A stretch of 61,869 nucleotides of DNA, taken from contig NW_021835447.1 of the NCBI RefSeq assembly GCF_006345805.1, positions 1-61,869 of the forward strand. The letters are read 5' to 3'. Every line of letters starts with the position of its first letter. Within the stretch, counting starts at the first letter, position 1. The position numbers and the translations under genes are program-made. The notes below the pieces were generated by a model, which saw only the letters and a list, made by a program, of their open reading frames with translations, had not been told where the DNA came from and did not search any database. Below are positions 1-12,860 of this stretch, in pieces. Source of the DNA: Octopus sinensis (taxonomy: Eukaryota).

Positions 1-39
1 CGAGCATTAGAAAAACTAGCTGGAAGCGTAGATTTCCTG

Positions 40-275
<236 letters not shown>

Positions 276-650
276 AGGGCGAGCTGTGTAGATAATGAGT
301 TCACTCAGCAACCAAATGGTTTCGAATTCTACTCCGCTGCATGGCACCATAACCTCAGGCTAAACAATGCCTTGTGAGTGAAATTGACAGGCAGAAATTG
401 TGCAGAGCCTCCTCTTATGCGTGTGTGTGTGTGAATGTTTTAACTCCGTGTGTTTTCGCATGACATCGTCTGCTGTCATGTTCGCATAGCCTGTCAGCAA
501 AACCTCTCGTGGTTCTGCTCATTCAACCGTTGGAATAATAAAAATCCCTTATTCGAAAAACATGTGGGTGTTACAACAGAAAGAGCATTATGCTGTATCA
601 TGCTGTCTCAATATCTCTTACTCCAATCCATGTAAAAACGGACGTAAAAC
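276..650 (+). mobile_element. Diverged tRNA-derived SINE, family B (CORE-like box)
   Basis: Head and body align by eye to the better-preserved copy at 33995-34462 (GCTGTGT..CAACCA.ATGGTT..TGC.TGGCACC..GCCTTGTGAGTG..GAAA.TG), with an internal (TG)n and a different 3' tail. Confidence 0.55.
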
Positions 651-698
651 GGACGAACTATATACAGAGCGGTGAAGAGTTTCATTAGTCTTCGGCTT

Positions 699-763
699 TA
701 GAGTCTGACGAGACATCCACGAAGCTACAGCCTTTATGGATGCGAAACCAATTTTTCACTCTA
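699..763 (+). ncRNA. Type I hammerhead ribozyme motif with damaged stem III (PLE pLTR relic)
   Basis: Stem I TAGAGT(699-704)/ACTCTA(758-763); core CTGACGA 705-711; stem II G-a-CATCCA/TGGATG-C; GAAA 744-747; stem III ACCAATTTTT (ACCAATTGGT palindrome with GG>TT); C17 at 757. Confidence 0.7.
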
Positions 764-809
764 CGACCGGATATAGACTCAATTACTTTTAATATATATA
801 TTATATATA

Positions 810-1898
810 TTAGGTCGTCAAGTACGAAATTTGTAGAAGAGAAAAAAGTTTGCTAATGTTTTATAAATACAAGGAATAGTTTTATTCATCAAAGTATGCA
901 CTCATATTGTCAATACACTTTTGTTATTTCAGCGGTAGCTTGTCCAGCCCGGAACTGTAAAAACCTGGCAATCTAGAGTCAATAAAATCTTGGAATTTCC
1001 AGCATCGTCGGAATTAAATTTTTTTCCTATTATAAAGTTATTCAAATTCTGGAAGAAGTGGTAGTCAGTGCATGTAAGACCAGGTGAGTATGGTGGATGA
1101 TGGAGAACTTCCAACTCCAACCCCTGTAGTTTCGCCAATGTCATTTTTGCGATATGTGGTCTGGCGTTGTCTTGCAATAAAATAGGAGTGGATCTGTTAA
1201 CTAATCTAGGCTGCTTTTTGTAAGTTTTCGCCTCATTTGGTCCAGTTGGCTGTAGTATACTTCGGCCGAGATTGATGAGCCAGGTTTAATGAAATCATAA
1301 TGGATCACACCTGCGCCAGACCATCAAACATGCCCCATCAGCTTCTTTTGATGAATTTTGCTTTTTGGACTGTATTTTGTTGGCTCGTCTTTGTTCAACC
1401 ATTGTGCTGAAAGTTTACGGTTGTTGTATTGAATCCATTTCTCATCACATGTTACAATTCGATTCAAAAATGATTCCTTTTTGTGACGAGAAAGTAGCAT
1501 AATGCAGGCTCCCAAACGTTGCTGTTTCTGATTTTCATTGAGTTCATGTGGAACCCACTTATCCAACTGTTTCACTTCACCGATTTGAGGTAGGTGAGCC
1601 AATATTGTTTGCTTGCTAACACCAAACAACAACAACGATAATTCAGGGCACTTTGAGATGGATCTGACTGGACGGTGGCTTTTAGTTTGTCATAATCCAC
1701 ATTTGTTTTTGGTCGACTGTGTTGCTCATTTGTGAGGTCAAAGTTACCAGAACGAAATTTTGCAAACCAATTTCACATTGTCTGCTGTGTAATAACATTA
1801 GAATGAAATATTCCATTAATATCCCGTGCTGTCTGTGATGCTGTATTTCCAAGAAAGAACTCATATTTCAAAACTGTACGAATTTCTGACTTATCCAT
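810..1898 (-). mobile_element. Mariner (DD34D) transposon, frameshifted transposase pseudogene
   Basis: Fragments MDKSEIRTVLKYEF (ATG 1898), WVPHEL, RIVTCDEKW, QDNARPH, HPPYSPGL..DYHFF; TIR-like TTAGGTCGTCAAGTACGAAATTTG at 810 preceded by TA; other end interrupted by the SINE at 1921. Confidence 0.93.
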
Positions 1899-1920
1899 CT
1901 CTAAACAAAAATAATTTGTC

Positions 1921-2351
<431 letters not shown>

Positions 2352-2559
2352 CACAACTATTTCTATCCACCACAAATTTCCAACCTTTGGTGCGATGTGC
2401 TGGCTTGTGTGCATCGGTAACCTTAGCGGTATGCCAGTTGAGTGTAAACTCCTGATAAGATCTCCTATGATGGGCAGGTTAATGGAGATATGTCACATAA
2501 ATGTAGATCAATTTCCCCTCGAGGTAAAAATGGGCTTATATAGGATCAACATCTCAACC

Positions 2560-2880
2560 TAGAAAACAAGCGAAGTTACAGGAGCATCGATAACAATTCA
2601 AAAACCAACATGATCTGGGCAATGAAGACCTTCACTCGGGAAAACATATGACGCGGCACAGCAAAATAAAACAACATATTGCATTACATATTAGGTCCTT
2701 CCCAAAAGCCGTCTAGGAAGATGCCCTAAAAATTACAGATGGCGGGATACTGAGACAACTAGGAACAATAGCAGAGATCCCACAGCAAAGACGTAGAAAA
2801 GACAGACAAGAGTGGAGAGAGGAGTAGAAAAGTCGTTGATAGCCTATACCCATAAGGATCGAAGGGCTTAAGTAGGTGGT
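2560..2880 (+). mobile_element. Degraded 3' end of an RTE-like LINE
   Basis: Frameshifted fragments GRCPKNYRWRDT and RKDRQEWRE..PIRIEGLK* resemble the RTE C-terminus GRP..TW...DR.EWR. Confidence 0.4.
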
Positions 2881-3239
2881 TACGTTTATTTCTTTGCATT
2901 TATGGCCTCCGATGGACACGGATATTAGCTGCATAAATCACCAATATAAGTGTCATAAAGCAATATAAATGTCGTAATTTGTTTCAACTGAGAACTGAAA
3001 CCGGTTCGCAGCTGCGGTTTAGATCAGTGGGCTAAATTTAGTGCATTTGTGCTCTTATGATACTAACTTGGCCTGAAAAGGCTTATGGTCAGTGTCGAAC
3101 GTAATGTAAACACATTAAAAGGATAGAAATAGTTGTTTGCTGAAGAAATCTTCCGGAACGCTAGTCTTAGATTCAATTGGAAATGAATGCACGATTCAAG
3201 TAGGCAGAGAGCAATAGATGTAATAATAGATAAAAAGAT

Positions 3240-3247
3240 ATATATAT

Positions 3248-3292
<45 letters not shown>

Positions 3293-3406
3293 ATATATAC
3301 ATATACATATATATATATATACATATACATATACATATATATTATGCACACACACACACATATATATATTATATATATATACACACATATATGTACATAT
3401 ATATAT

Positions 3407-3454
<48 letters not shown>

Positions 3455-3830
3455 TAAGTTTATGTGTTGCGTAGGTATATATTCTTACCTTTGTCTGTAT
3501 ATATGAATATATTTATACATGTATGCATCTTTACCTCTCTATTTGTGTGTGTATAAATGTATATATTCATATTACGTACGCATGAATGTATGTATATATT
3601 TATGTATGTATGTTGGCAGGTAGGTAGGTAGGTAGGTTGGTAGGTATGCTACTAGAGAGAAAAGATGGCTACATATGTGTTGTTGTGTGTGCATATGTGT
3701 TTGGTGTGTATGTGTGTTTGTGTAAGTATGGTGTGCGTGCGTGCGTGTACAGACAGAGAAATGGAAGAGAAATGGCGAATAAAATAGAGAGTGAGAGAGA
3801 GAGAAAGAGGTGGAGAGAAGGAGGGAGAAA
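3240..3830. repeat. Compound microsatellites (TA)n, (CA)n, (GTAG)n, (TG)n, (GA)n
   Basis: Directly visible. Confidence 0.93.
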
Positions 3831-4239
3831 GTGTGGGTGAAAGAGAGATGGGAAGAGCAGTATCTTTTGGGATGAAGACTAAAAGTCATGGACGAAGAAG
3901 CAGATAAGCTTAAAAGCGAAACAAGAAATAAAAAAAAGCAAAATGTTTAGTGGACCAGAAGTGTATTAAAAACACCCTGTTTGGTCAATGGTCTGAAGAG
4001 TTAAAAGATTTCCTTTCGGTGAGCTGGGAAGGGAGATTATCCTGTGAATTTTTTACCTATCTCGTGGGAGAATGACGTAGAATCATAGAGAAAGTATGTT
4101 ATTTGCTTGTTGTCTTGTATTTGCTTGTTGTACTAGAGTTTGCATTGCGGTAGAATTCAACACTAATAGACAGAAATATTATTATTACAAGCCTCTTTGC
4201 CATACTTACTATATTTTCTGTAGCTCAAATTCTACATTT

Positions 4240-4513
4240 ATGTGTGTATGTATGTATGTATGTATGTATGTATGTATGTATGTATGTATGTATGTATGCA
4301 TGCATGTATGTATGTATGTATCTATGTAAGTATTATGCGTGTATGTATGTGTATGTGTGTATGTATGTATGTATGTATGTATGCATGTATGTATGTGTGT
4401 GTATTTATATATATTTATATATATAAGTCTGTACATATATAAACACACACATACATATATAAACACATATACACATACATACACATACGCACAAACACGC
4501 ACACACACACACA

Positions 4514-4544
<31 letters not shown>

Positions 4545-4547
4545 CAC

Positions 4548-4579
<32 letters not shown>

Positions 4580-4635
4580 CATGTATACCCACACACACAC
4601 ACATATATATATATTATATATATATATATATATTA

Positions 4636-4667
<32 letters not shown>

Positions 4668-4668
4668 T
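4240..4668. repeat. Compound microsatellite (TATG)n-(CA)n-(TA)n
   Basis: Directly visible. Confidence 0.95.
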
Positions 4669-4759
4669 AGACCGAATGAGATAACAAATCCAAGGCTGTG
4701 AGGAATTTTTAGGACATTTATAATGAAATAGTCTAACAGCTGTTTCTGGGATATTATGG

Positions 4760-5830
4760 ATATCTGAGTTCGAATTATTGTGGGAAAGATGGGGAATATA
4801 GAGGGAAATAAGAGAATGAAAGCAGAAATAGAATATATAAAGATATTGCAGTTGCAGTTCCATTATTCAAGGAAAATGGTGTATAGAAGTGGTAAAAAAG
4901 TTTCCTGTACATGGTGTGTCAGTTCCAATAGCAGTTCATATTTAGTCATTTAACCTCTCTTCTGACTGTATTACCTCCTCCATTCCTGAAAATAACCCCC
5001 AAAATACACCTACTTGTAACTGCCGCCCTGGGTCCATCTGTCCTCTACAAACCCATTGTAGAAGATCTAATGAAATTCATAAATGCACCGTCCTCAACAC
5101 ATTACACAGTTCTATATATAGGATCAACCATAAATTTTAAACAGCGATATACCACTCGTCTCAATTCTTTTAGATACGAGAAACACAGTAAACCCACAAA
5201 CCACTGAGTATATATCCACAACAGCTCGTAGGTAATCCCCAACAACCCTACCTACCTCCATTTTATATTTTAATCTTTAACTTCTTTAACTTCCCCCATC
5301 TTACTTTAACGCCCACAATCGTTTAATAATACATTCTTTGAACATACATGCGGATACATGTGGGTGTGTATAAAAATGTGTGTATAGGTATTTTATGTAT
5401 GTATGTATTTGTATGTGGGTATATGTAAATATATGTGTGTGTGTATACTCATATATATGTGCGTGTGTGCGTATGTATGTGTGCGTGCATTTATATATAC
5501 TAATATATACGAATGAGTGTGCATATGTGTATATATGTATATGTAAGTACCTGTATGCGCACATGCGTGTAACTGCAAATGTGTGTGCAACCGCGCGCAC
5601 GTATGTGCTTGTGCATGTATATATACGTATATAGATGTACGAATACATCTATGGATGCACCTGGGCACACATGTATATACGCGTGTGTATGTATAGGCGT
5701 ATGTATATGTCTTTCTTTTCCACAATAATTCGAACTCAGATATTTTCTTATGCTAATACAACACCCAAGTTAGACTCCTCACTCGTATCATTATCGAACC
5801 AAGAGTTTAACCAAGGTCTATTCATATCAC
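4760..5830 (+). mobile_element. Fragmented Penelope-like element (GIY-YIG endonuclease plus linker pieces)
   Basis: 5015-5210 translates as CNCRPGSICPLQTHC..IHKCTV / YIGSTINFKQRYTTRLNSFRYEKH (one frameshift); 5715-5830 gives TQIFSYANTTPKLDSSLVSLSNQ, resembling the PLE RT-EN linker. Confidence 0.75.
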
Positions 5831-6650
5831 TTACCTGACACACTTTAGGTCTCCTAGACACCAAACCTCTCATACTTTCGGTTATATATATATTATGTAT
5901 GTATATCATTATATTTCAGCAATTAAAAAATACATAATATTTGTAAAGTATATGCGAACTATTAATTTTCTTACGTAATTATAATCTCATCTATGCGCAA
6001 GCGCATGTGGTGTGTTGTTACGGGTGTTGTTATTTATCCCCGAGTCACCCCTAACAGAATAAGCCCAGGGTCAATTATATTTAGGTCGTGGTTTTCATGT
6101 GTTCTTCGCCCCCTCATTTGAGGTTTCTGTATATCTAGGGTCACATTATACGTTGTATATTACTAATTCTAACATGGTTTCTATACTTGTTTGTTTGTTT
6201 GTGCGTGCGTGTGTATATGTGTGTGGTGTAAGCCTGCGTTCGTGCATTGCGCCAGTTACCAAATTAAATCTCAATAGCCGATGCTATTGATAGCCACCAT
6301 CTCTTACTGAGATTTGTGTACAGATTTGTATGGTTCTCTACTACTGCAAGTAGCAACAACTCTGTAAAACTACCGAATATTTTGTTAGCAGATATTCACT
6401 GCTGAGTTCAACCCTCCCTACCAAGGAAAAAGCATGCCTTTCTTTAAAAACAGGAAGCTTGTTGTTTGCACCGGCGACCTAGCCTACTTACTCCTATAGT
6501 GCACACATGTTGCTATGCACCACCGTGGGAGTCAATACACCGTCGCTTGAACAACAAGCAATATGAGACATATATAATCACATTATCAAATCACGCCCTA
6601 CTATTCTAAAAATACATAGGACAATGCCATTAGAATATACTGGAAAGTCC

Positions 6651-6652
6651 TT

Positions 6653-6743
<91 letters not shown>

Positions 6744-6862
6744 GTCTGTCTATTTATCTATCTGTCTATCTGTCTGTCTGTCTGTCAGTCTGTCTGTCTA
6801 TCTATCTATCTATCTTTACGTATATACACATACATACATACATACATACATACATACATGCA

Positions 6863-6894
<32 letters not shown>

Positions 6895-7010
6895 CACACA
6901 CACACATCCATCCATCCATCCATCATCCATCCATCCATCCATACATACATACATACATAGATACATACATACATACATACATACATACATACATACATAC
7001 ATACATACAC
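6651..7010. repeat. Compound tetranucleotide microsatellite (TCTA)n-(TCTG)n-(TACA)n-(TCCA)n
   Basis: Directly visible. Confidence 0.96.
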
Positions 7011-7019
7011 GTGCTTTCC

Positions 7020-7095
7020 TGGGCTTCTTTCCTTCTCCAAACTTTTCATTTCTCCTCTTTCTGACCAAGAGCTATGCTCGAAATGTCAAAAAAAC
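7020..7095 (+). ncRNA. Degenerate minimal hammerhead (GAGC/GCTC family) in a PLE pLTR-like repeat
   Basis: TTT-CTGACCA-A-GAGC-TAT-GCTC-GAAA-TGT-C-AAA (7058-7090); pyrimidine-rich leader similar to 31690-31730. Confidence 0.5.
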
Positions 7096-7541
7096 CACTC
7101 TTATATATCAGTACGGTCGAACGACTTGCCCGGACCAACTCAACTCTTCCACGCCAGATACCCTAATCTTCCATAGCAGTCTACATATCCTCAACTTTAT
7201 AAAATTTCTTCCGCAATTTGATCGATACATGCTCTTCTCGATCTTCCGATACCCAAGGGTTTCCAGAGAAGGAGGTTGCTGGGTATTTTATTTTTGCTTC
7301 TCCACCATTTTTTTTCATAATGTATTTTTTTCTACGATATACAAAATGGCAGAATAGTTATGATGGAAACATCTATGTTCTTAATCTTTTTGATAAAAGT
7401 AGTACTGAGGTTGAGGTTAAGCATTGACAGCAATAATACAAGGCCGTAGAGAATGCTAAGCATCCGGCGAGCCGAACTTGGCAAAGGGGTTTTATGTTCA
7501 TTCATAGGAATTTATTTCGCTTATCCCGCGATATTTTTCCC

Positions 7542-7915
7542 GCATGGCTGTGTGGTTAAGGTTAAGGTTAAGAAGCTCGCTTTGCAACCAAGTAGTTTTA
7601 GGTTCAGTTCCACAGTGCAACACATTGGACAGATGTCTTCTACTATAATTCTACTATAATGTCTTGTGAATGAATTTGGTTGAAGGAAACTGTAAGGAAA
7701 CCCGTTGAATGTGTGTGTGCATGTATGTGGTTGTGTTGTGCTTGTTGCTCACCAGCGCTCGACAAATTATGTTGGTTTGCTTACGTCTCCGTAACCTAGT
7801 GGTTCGGCAAATGATAATTATAGAACTACAGAGATCGATTTGCTCGGCTAGAACCGTCAAGATGTTGCTCCAGCATGACCGCAATCCAATGACTAAAATA
7901 AATAACAGATAAAAG
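7542..7915 (+). mobile_element. SINE family B, diverged full-length copy
   Basis: Head, internal (TG)n and 3' GCTCCAGCATG.CCGCA.TC.AATGACT.AAA tail match 33995-34462. Confidence 0.8.
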
Positions 7916-7984
7916 ATATCAAATTTTGTGTACAAAAGAGTCATTGATAATATATAATAAAAAGTAAAATTACATATTTTAGTC

Positions 7985-8210
7985 ATACAGACTCATAAGG
8001 GTCGGCTTCCCGGTTTCATGGCGTATAAATACTCCACCTGGGCAGGACCGTCGCTGGATTACTCATTTTTGCAAGCTGAGTAAACTGGAGTAACATAAAA
8101 TTAAGTGTTTTGCTCAACAACACAACGTGTTGTCCGGTCCAGGAATCGAAACCACAATCTTCCGAACATGAGTCCAACACCTTAAACACTAAGCTACGCC
8201 CCTCCACACT
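7985..8210 (-). mobile_element. SINE family C, tail type 3 (V-SINE-like)
   Basis: Same head and core as 1921-2203; tail GAAACCGGGAA.CCG.CCCTTATGAGTC shared with 12300, 52625 and 57717. Confidence 0.8.
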
Positions 8211-8742
8211 ATTTCTTGTCGACCAGCAACTGATTTTCTAAAGTTTTGGTTCCTTTCTCCAACGAAAATGCAAAACTCAAATCATATAGATTTCTTGTCA
8301 GTATCCGACCACCTACTTGTAATATATAAATATATACCACTGGCCCGCTTAAGTTATTTCCTTTAGCTCACTATTTGTAAATACATGATGTATTTGTGCT
8401 CGCCAAAGTGTATTACTTGGTTCGGATCTTATCATTGAGCATCCTATTCCATTCCGAACTAATAAACTCGGCATCAGATGACATTCACTCACGAGATTTC
8501 GTAATTACAGATTTAAATATCCAGCGACAACATATAGGAAACTCTCAGAAGATCGATTTCTAGCGAGTCCAGAGAGCGAACATCCAGACGAAGTTTGCTA
8601 AAAGAAAAAGTAAATAAATGGGAGGGATTCCAAAAATAACGTCTGAGCTGTTGTCAGATTGTACGAGGAAATGTATTAAGATGTTTAGAAGGTCTCTTAC
8701 CTTTAAGTCTCGTTCACGAAAGTTTTAAACTGTGGCGGGAGT

Positions 8743-8901
8743 AAGGCGGCGAACTGGCAAAATGCTTAGCGATAATTTTGTCCGTCCTTATGCTCTGAGT
8801 TCAAATGCCGCCGAGGCCGACTTTGCTTGTTATCGTTTCGGAGGTTGATAAAATAAGTATCAGTCGAAATTGCCGGCCTTGTGCCAAAATTTGAAACCAA
8901 T
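8743..8901 (+). mobile_element. SINE family A, internally deleted
   Basis: AAGGCGGCGAACTGGCA..GAGTTCAAAT.CCGCCGAGG.CGACTTTGC..GCCTTGTGCCAAAATTTGAAA. Confidence 0.8.
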
Positions 8902-9159
8902 AATTCTAAACTGGTGAAGTCAAATTAATTAAATACACCTTTATATTTAATTAATATAAATTATAGTTTTTAATTAGCAATCCTTGGTTATGTTCAACTG
9001 ATTTAGAGATAAAATTTTAATAACTATTCATATCAACGAAGTCTTTTAGAGAAATACTGCGAGCGGCTAAGTCAATGATAGAGGTGCTTTTTTCCTTTTT
9101 ACACAGTGAGTATTCAGACCAGTATTCATGGAATAGATCTTTCATAGGTCCATTCTACA

Positions 9160-9450
9160 GGTCTATGAACCTTTGAAAAGTATCCCTTTTTCTTATACTT
9201 AAGACAAGTTGAATCGTGGAGTAGGTGAGATCATATCTCAGAATATTTCCACGGAAATAACAACTCTTGAGAAGATGCATTTGCACAGGTGATCTGATTT
9301 CTTTCAGTTTTCTACAATTTTTTTCCATGTTGTTGCGGAGACAACCTGCAACAGAATGTAGTTTCACTGGGTATACATGTACACTGAAATCCTGTTGATA
9401 AGAGAGCAGAAAGAACTTCAATCAAATTGGTGGCAGAGTAGAAGATCCAG
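9160..9450 (-). mobile_element. Possible highly degraded element relic (weak DIRS tyrosine-recombinase-like resemblance)
   Basis: KFFLLSYQQDFSV..V.LHSV and HLLKSCYF..YDL..IQLVLS loosely recall the YR N-terminal region; not decisive. Confidence 0.2.
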
Positions 9451-10647
9451 TTGGTAGTAAAGAGTAGAAGATCCTGTGGTAGTAAAGGCTATTCGAGGGA
9501 ATTTCTGCTTAGAAGAGGAAAAGCAGAATAAAAATGATGGAAGACAGCAGCAGAGGTAACAACAACAGCAGACTCCGAATGCAAAGATCCTGGTATTATC
9601 ATTGCTTTTTCCAGAACACTTCCTAAGGCAACCCAGAAAAGAAAAAAAGCCAAAGCAAAAGCCAAGCAAACAAAATCGCCTCATCCTTAGTGTAGCGCCA
9701 GGAGTCGATAACTAGGTAAGTCAAGGAGAAAACGAAAACTTTCATTTTTCAACACAGGACTAGAGACAACGTAGAATAAATGACCAGAGGAAAGAGAAAA
9801 AAATCGGAGATATTAAAAATGGAAAAAAGAGGTAAAATGGAACGAGTCCTAACAAAAGGTAAGTGAGAAGTTAAAAGGCACCAATCCTCCTTGACTGCCT
9901 GAGCTTGATGGCTCCCCGAACCACAAACAGGTTAACTAGTGTTGATTGTAGAAGATATGGGAAACCATAGTTATAGAATATCTAAATGATAAAGACAAGA
10001 GTATGTAACGTTTTTGTGTCGCCTTTTCGGCGTCGCTGATTCGACACTGATTTTTGAACATCAAACATTTTAACGTTTCTCTCTTTCCTTCTTCTTCTTC
10101 TCCTTCTCTCTCTCTCTCTGTTTGTGAGCATCTGATTCTGTTTGTATGTATGTGTAATGTTTCTCTCCCTCTCTCCCTTTCTCTGTATGTGTACATTTCT
10201 GCTAACACGTGCATGTAATTGCTTGAGTGTGTGCGTGTGTGTGTGTGTATGTGTGTGTATGTGTGTGTGTATATGTGTTTGCCTCCAGCATCATAAAGTA
10301 CCATCGCTAAAACAGTTTCACTATCCAGTCAACCGTGTCAAATCATCAGTGTCCAAACAGCTCCCAATCATTTTATTCTAGGGAGAAAACTACACCATTA
10401 TTTTATGAGCAGAGTTCAGCAATAAATAAAAATAAAATAAAATAATAAATAAATAAATAAATAAAATTGGGCGTATGTTTGCCTTTGTCAACGCTAAACA
10501 AGATCACGGGCTATTCGGAAGTACTAGGTTGCAAGGCCCCGAACTTAACCGGATGGTGATTTATCACTCTCTTCGGGAAGGATTGCCTTATATGTATTGC
10601 CTACTAAATTATTGGCCTGTTTTAATATAGTGTACTCCACTCTCCAT

Positions 10648-11030
10648 TTATTACCTCCACCTTAGCAAAGGCGGAGGTATTGTTTTTCAGTCGTGATTGT
10701 TTGTTTGTTTGTTTGTCTGTGGACAAGATATCTCAAGAACCGCTGGATAGATTTGGATGAAACTTTCAGGGATGTTAGGCTTCATGACTGGCACGAACTG
10801 ATTAGATTTTGGGATCGATCCAATATAGAACAAGAATTCTGGATTATTTTTTCCATTTTATTTCTTGCTTAATTTTTGAGAGCGGTTGGGTTCATTTTTA
10901 GTATTCTCGTTTGTGAGAGCAGCCGAGTTTATTTCAGATATTCTCATTTAAGAAAATATCCTCTGGATAATTGTTGAGAGGACATTGGTGTTGCCTTGGC
11001 GGAGGTTTGCGCTCTCTGAGTGGTATTGTT
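10648..11030 (+). mobile_element. Non-autonomous Helentron-type element (HINE/DINE-1-like)
   Basis: 5' hairpin ACCTCCACCTTAGCAAAGGCGGAGGT (10653-10678), (TGTT)n, 3' subterminal GGCGGAGGT plus stem-loop GCGCTCTCTGAGTG; second copy at 30495-30882 on the opposite strand. Confidence 0.8.
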
Positions 11031-11039
11031 TCTATTGTT

Positions 11040-11256
11040 CTTATCTTGTACTTGTTTCAGTCATTGGACTACTGCCATGCCAAGACAACGCCACGAAGAA
11101 TTTTTGCGAACAAATTCATCCCAGTACTAAGTTCTAACTATGGAATTTATAACGTTCTCTTTTTGCTGAACCACTATGTTTAGATGGGCACATATTAACC
11201 AACGTCAGTTGTAAAGCGGTAATAGACGAATACAAAGGCACACACACACACACACA

Positions 11257-11310
<54 letters not shown>

Positions 11311-11398
11311 GCTGAAGACACTTCCCATGATGTCACGCAGGAGGACTGATCTCGAAATCAGGCGGTTTCAAAGCGTATTTCTTAACCATACAGACATA
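11040..11398 (-). mobile_element. SINE family B with internal (CA)n expansion
   Basis: Reverse complement of the family B tail (CTTGTTTCAGTCATT.GACT..GCCATGC) and degenerate head near 11380. Confidence 0.7.
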
Positions 11399-11617
11399 TC
11401 TAATGTCCTTAGCAAAAACTGAATTGCGTGTGTTTTGCAACACCTGGCATATCTGTTGGTAAATGTGTTCGTTGTTAAGAAATGTCTTGCCATAGCTGCA
11501 AAATGTCTGTTCTAATATTTATTTAAATATATTAATTTCAAACAAACCTCGAACACTCAAGAAAATAACACAATTCTTATAACACATTTTATGCAAACAA
11601 ACAAATGAAACACTTAC

Positions 11618-11844
11618 CGAGCACCAGAGACACAGCAGAAAGTCACCAACAAATCAAGACTAACCGTTGCACACAAAAATAATTCTACATTCACAAAAGG
11701 CAATGTTATACACATCTCAGGAAAAAGAAAGGGTGCATTTTGTAATGTAGTAAAACTCCGAGGCACAGCTATAGTGTGTGCCACCCAGAGCAGCTCTTGA
11801 TTTTGCTGCGTCTCGTCTCCCCGTCCCATATACAGGCTTATATA
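11618..11844 (-). other. Candidate host first exon with TATA box and signal-peptide-like ORF
   Basis: TATATAA at 11844-11838; ATG 11715 opens MCITLPFVNVELFLCATVSLDLLVTFCCVSGA-R; consensus donor CG|GTAAGT after 11618; no downstream exon found. Confidence 0.25.
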
Positions 11845-11899
11845 GCAGACTGCCTCATAGACGTGTCACACACGGAGAACCATTCCCAGTTACGCTATT

Positions 11900-12285
11900 G
11901 TAAACGTGATGCTTAGCGGCATTTCGTCTGTCTTTACGTTCTGGGTTCAAATTCCAGCGATATTGTCTTTGCCTTTCATGCTTTCGGAATTGATAAAAAT
12001 AAATACCAGTTGAACAGTGGAGCTGATTTAATCGACATAGCCTCTTACCCGAAATTTCCGGCGTTTTGTCAAAATTTGAAGTCAGTAATAGCTGGCAGAA
12101 TCGTTAGCACGCGGGGCTAAAAGCTTAGCGGCATTTCATCTGTTTTTCACGTTCTGAGTTAAAATCCCGCCGTCTTTGCCTTTCATCCTTTCGGGATCTA
12201 TAAAATAAGTACCAGTTGATCACTGGGGTCAGTGTAATTGACTTACCCCCTACTCTATAACTGCTGGCCTTGTGCCAAAAAACAC
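11900..12285 (+). mobile_element. Two head-to-tail SINE family A copies
   Basis: Repeated GCTTAGCGGCATTTC.TCTG..GAGTT.AAAT.CC.GC..GCCTTTCAT..GATAAAA.AA.TACCAGTTGA. Confidence 0.85.
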
Positions 12286-12299
12286 CAAAATCTGTCCCG

Positions 12300-12535
12300 A
12301 ATCATAGGCTCATAAGGCCGATTTTTCGGGTCCTGTGACATATGCATTCCCCACCACCGCTGGACGAAACAATGGTCCGTCGTTGGATTACTAATTTTTA
12401 CATGCTGAATGAACTGGAGCAACGTGAAATGAAGTTTTCTTGCTCAAGAATACATCCCATCGCTCGGTCCAAGAATCGAAACCGCAATCTTACGATCACG
12501 AGTGTAATACTCCTAACCATGTAGCCATCCGCCTG
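12300..12535 (-). mobile_element. SINE family C, tail type 3
   Basis: Matches 7985-8210 and 52625-52865. Confidence 0.8.
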
Positions 12536-12569
12536 AACAATGTACTAATATAAAGATCATATAGTATGA

Positions 12570-12860
12570 AGGTGTGAGGGCCTAGAGATTAGGCTGCTGC
12601 ACTCATGATCACGAGATCGTGATGTCAATTCCTGGACCGGGCGGCGGTGTGTTATGTTCATGAGCAAAACACTTCACTTCAGGTTGCTCTTCGATCATTT
12701 CCGATACTAGATCTGAGGTACACCATGCACCTGTTCAGGCAACATCGATTTGATGGCGGGAATGAGCTATTGTGCAGCACATACTTTTGATCACCTTCAA
12801 TAAATTATTTGCGCAGGTTTTTCAGCAAGAAAATTGCAGAACTGTATTTCTCTGACTTCG
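12570..12860 (+). mobile_element. SINE family C head with a fourth tail type
   Basis: Head GATCACGAGATCGTG..AATTCCTGGACCGGGC..TGAGCAAAACACTTCACTTCA.GTTGCTC followed by an unrelated tail. Confidence 0.6.

Noticed and set aside
2997-3006. GAAACCGGTT with a palindromic stem III-like motif
   Set aside because: No CTGANGA core with stem II upstream and no stem I
5200-5210. In-frame TGA codons in PLE relics as selenocysteine recoding
   Set aside because: The relics also contain TAA/TAG stops and frameshifts, and the TGAs are not at conserved Cys positions; ordinary decay
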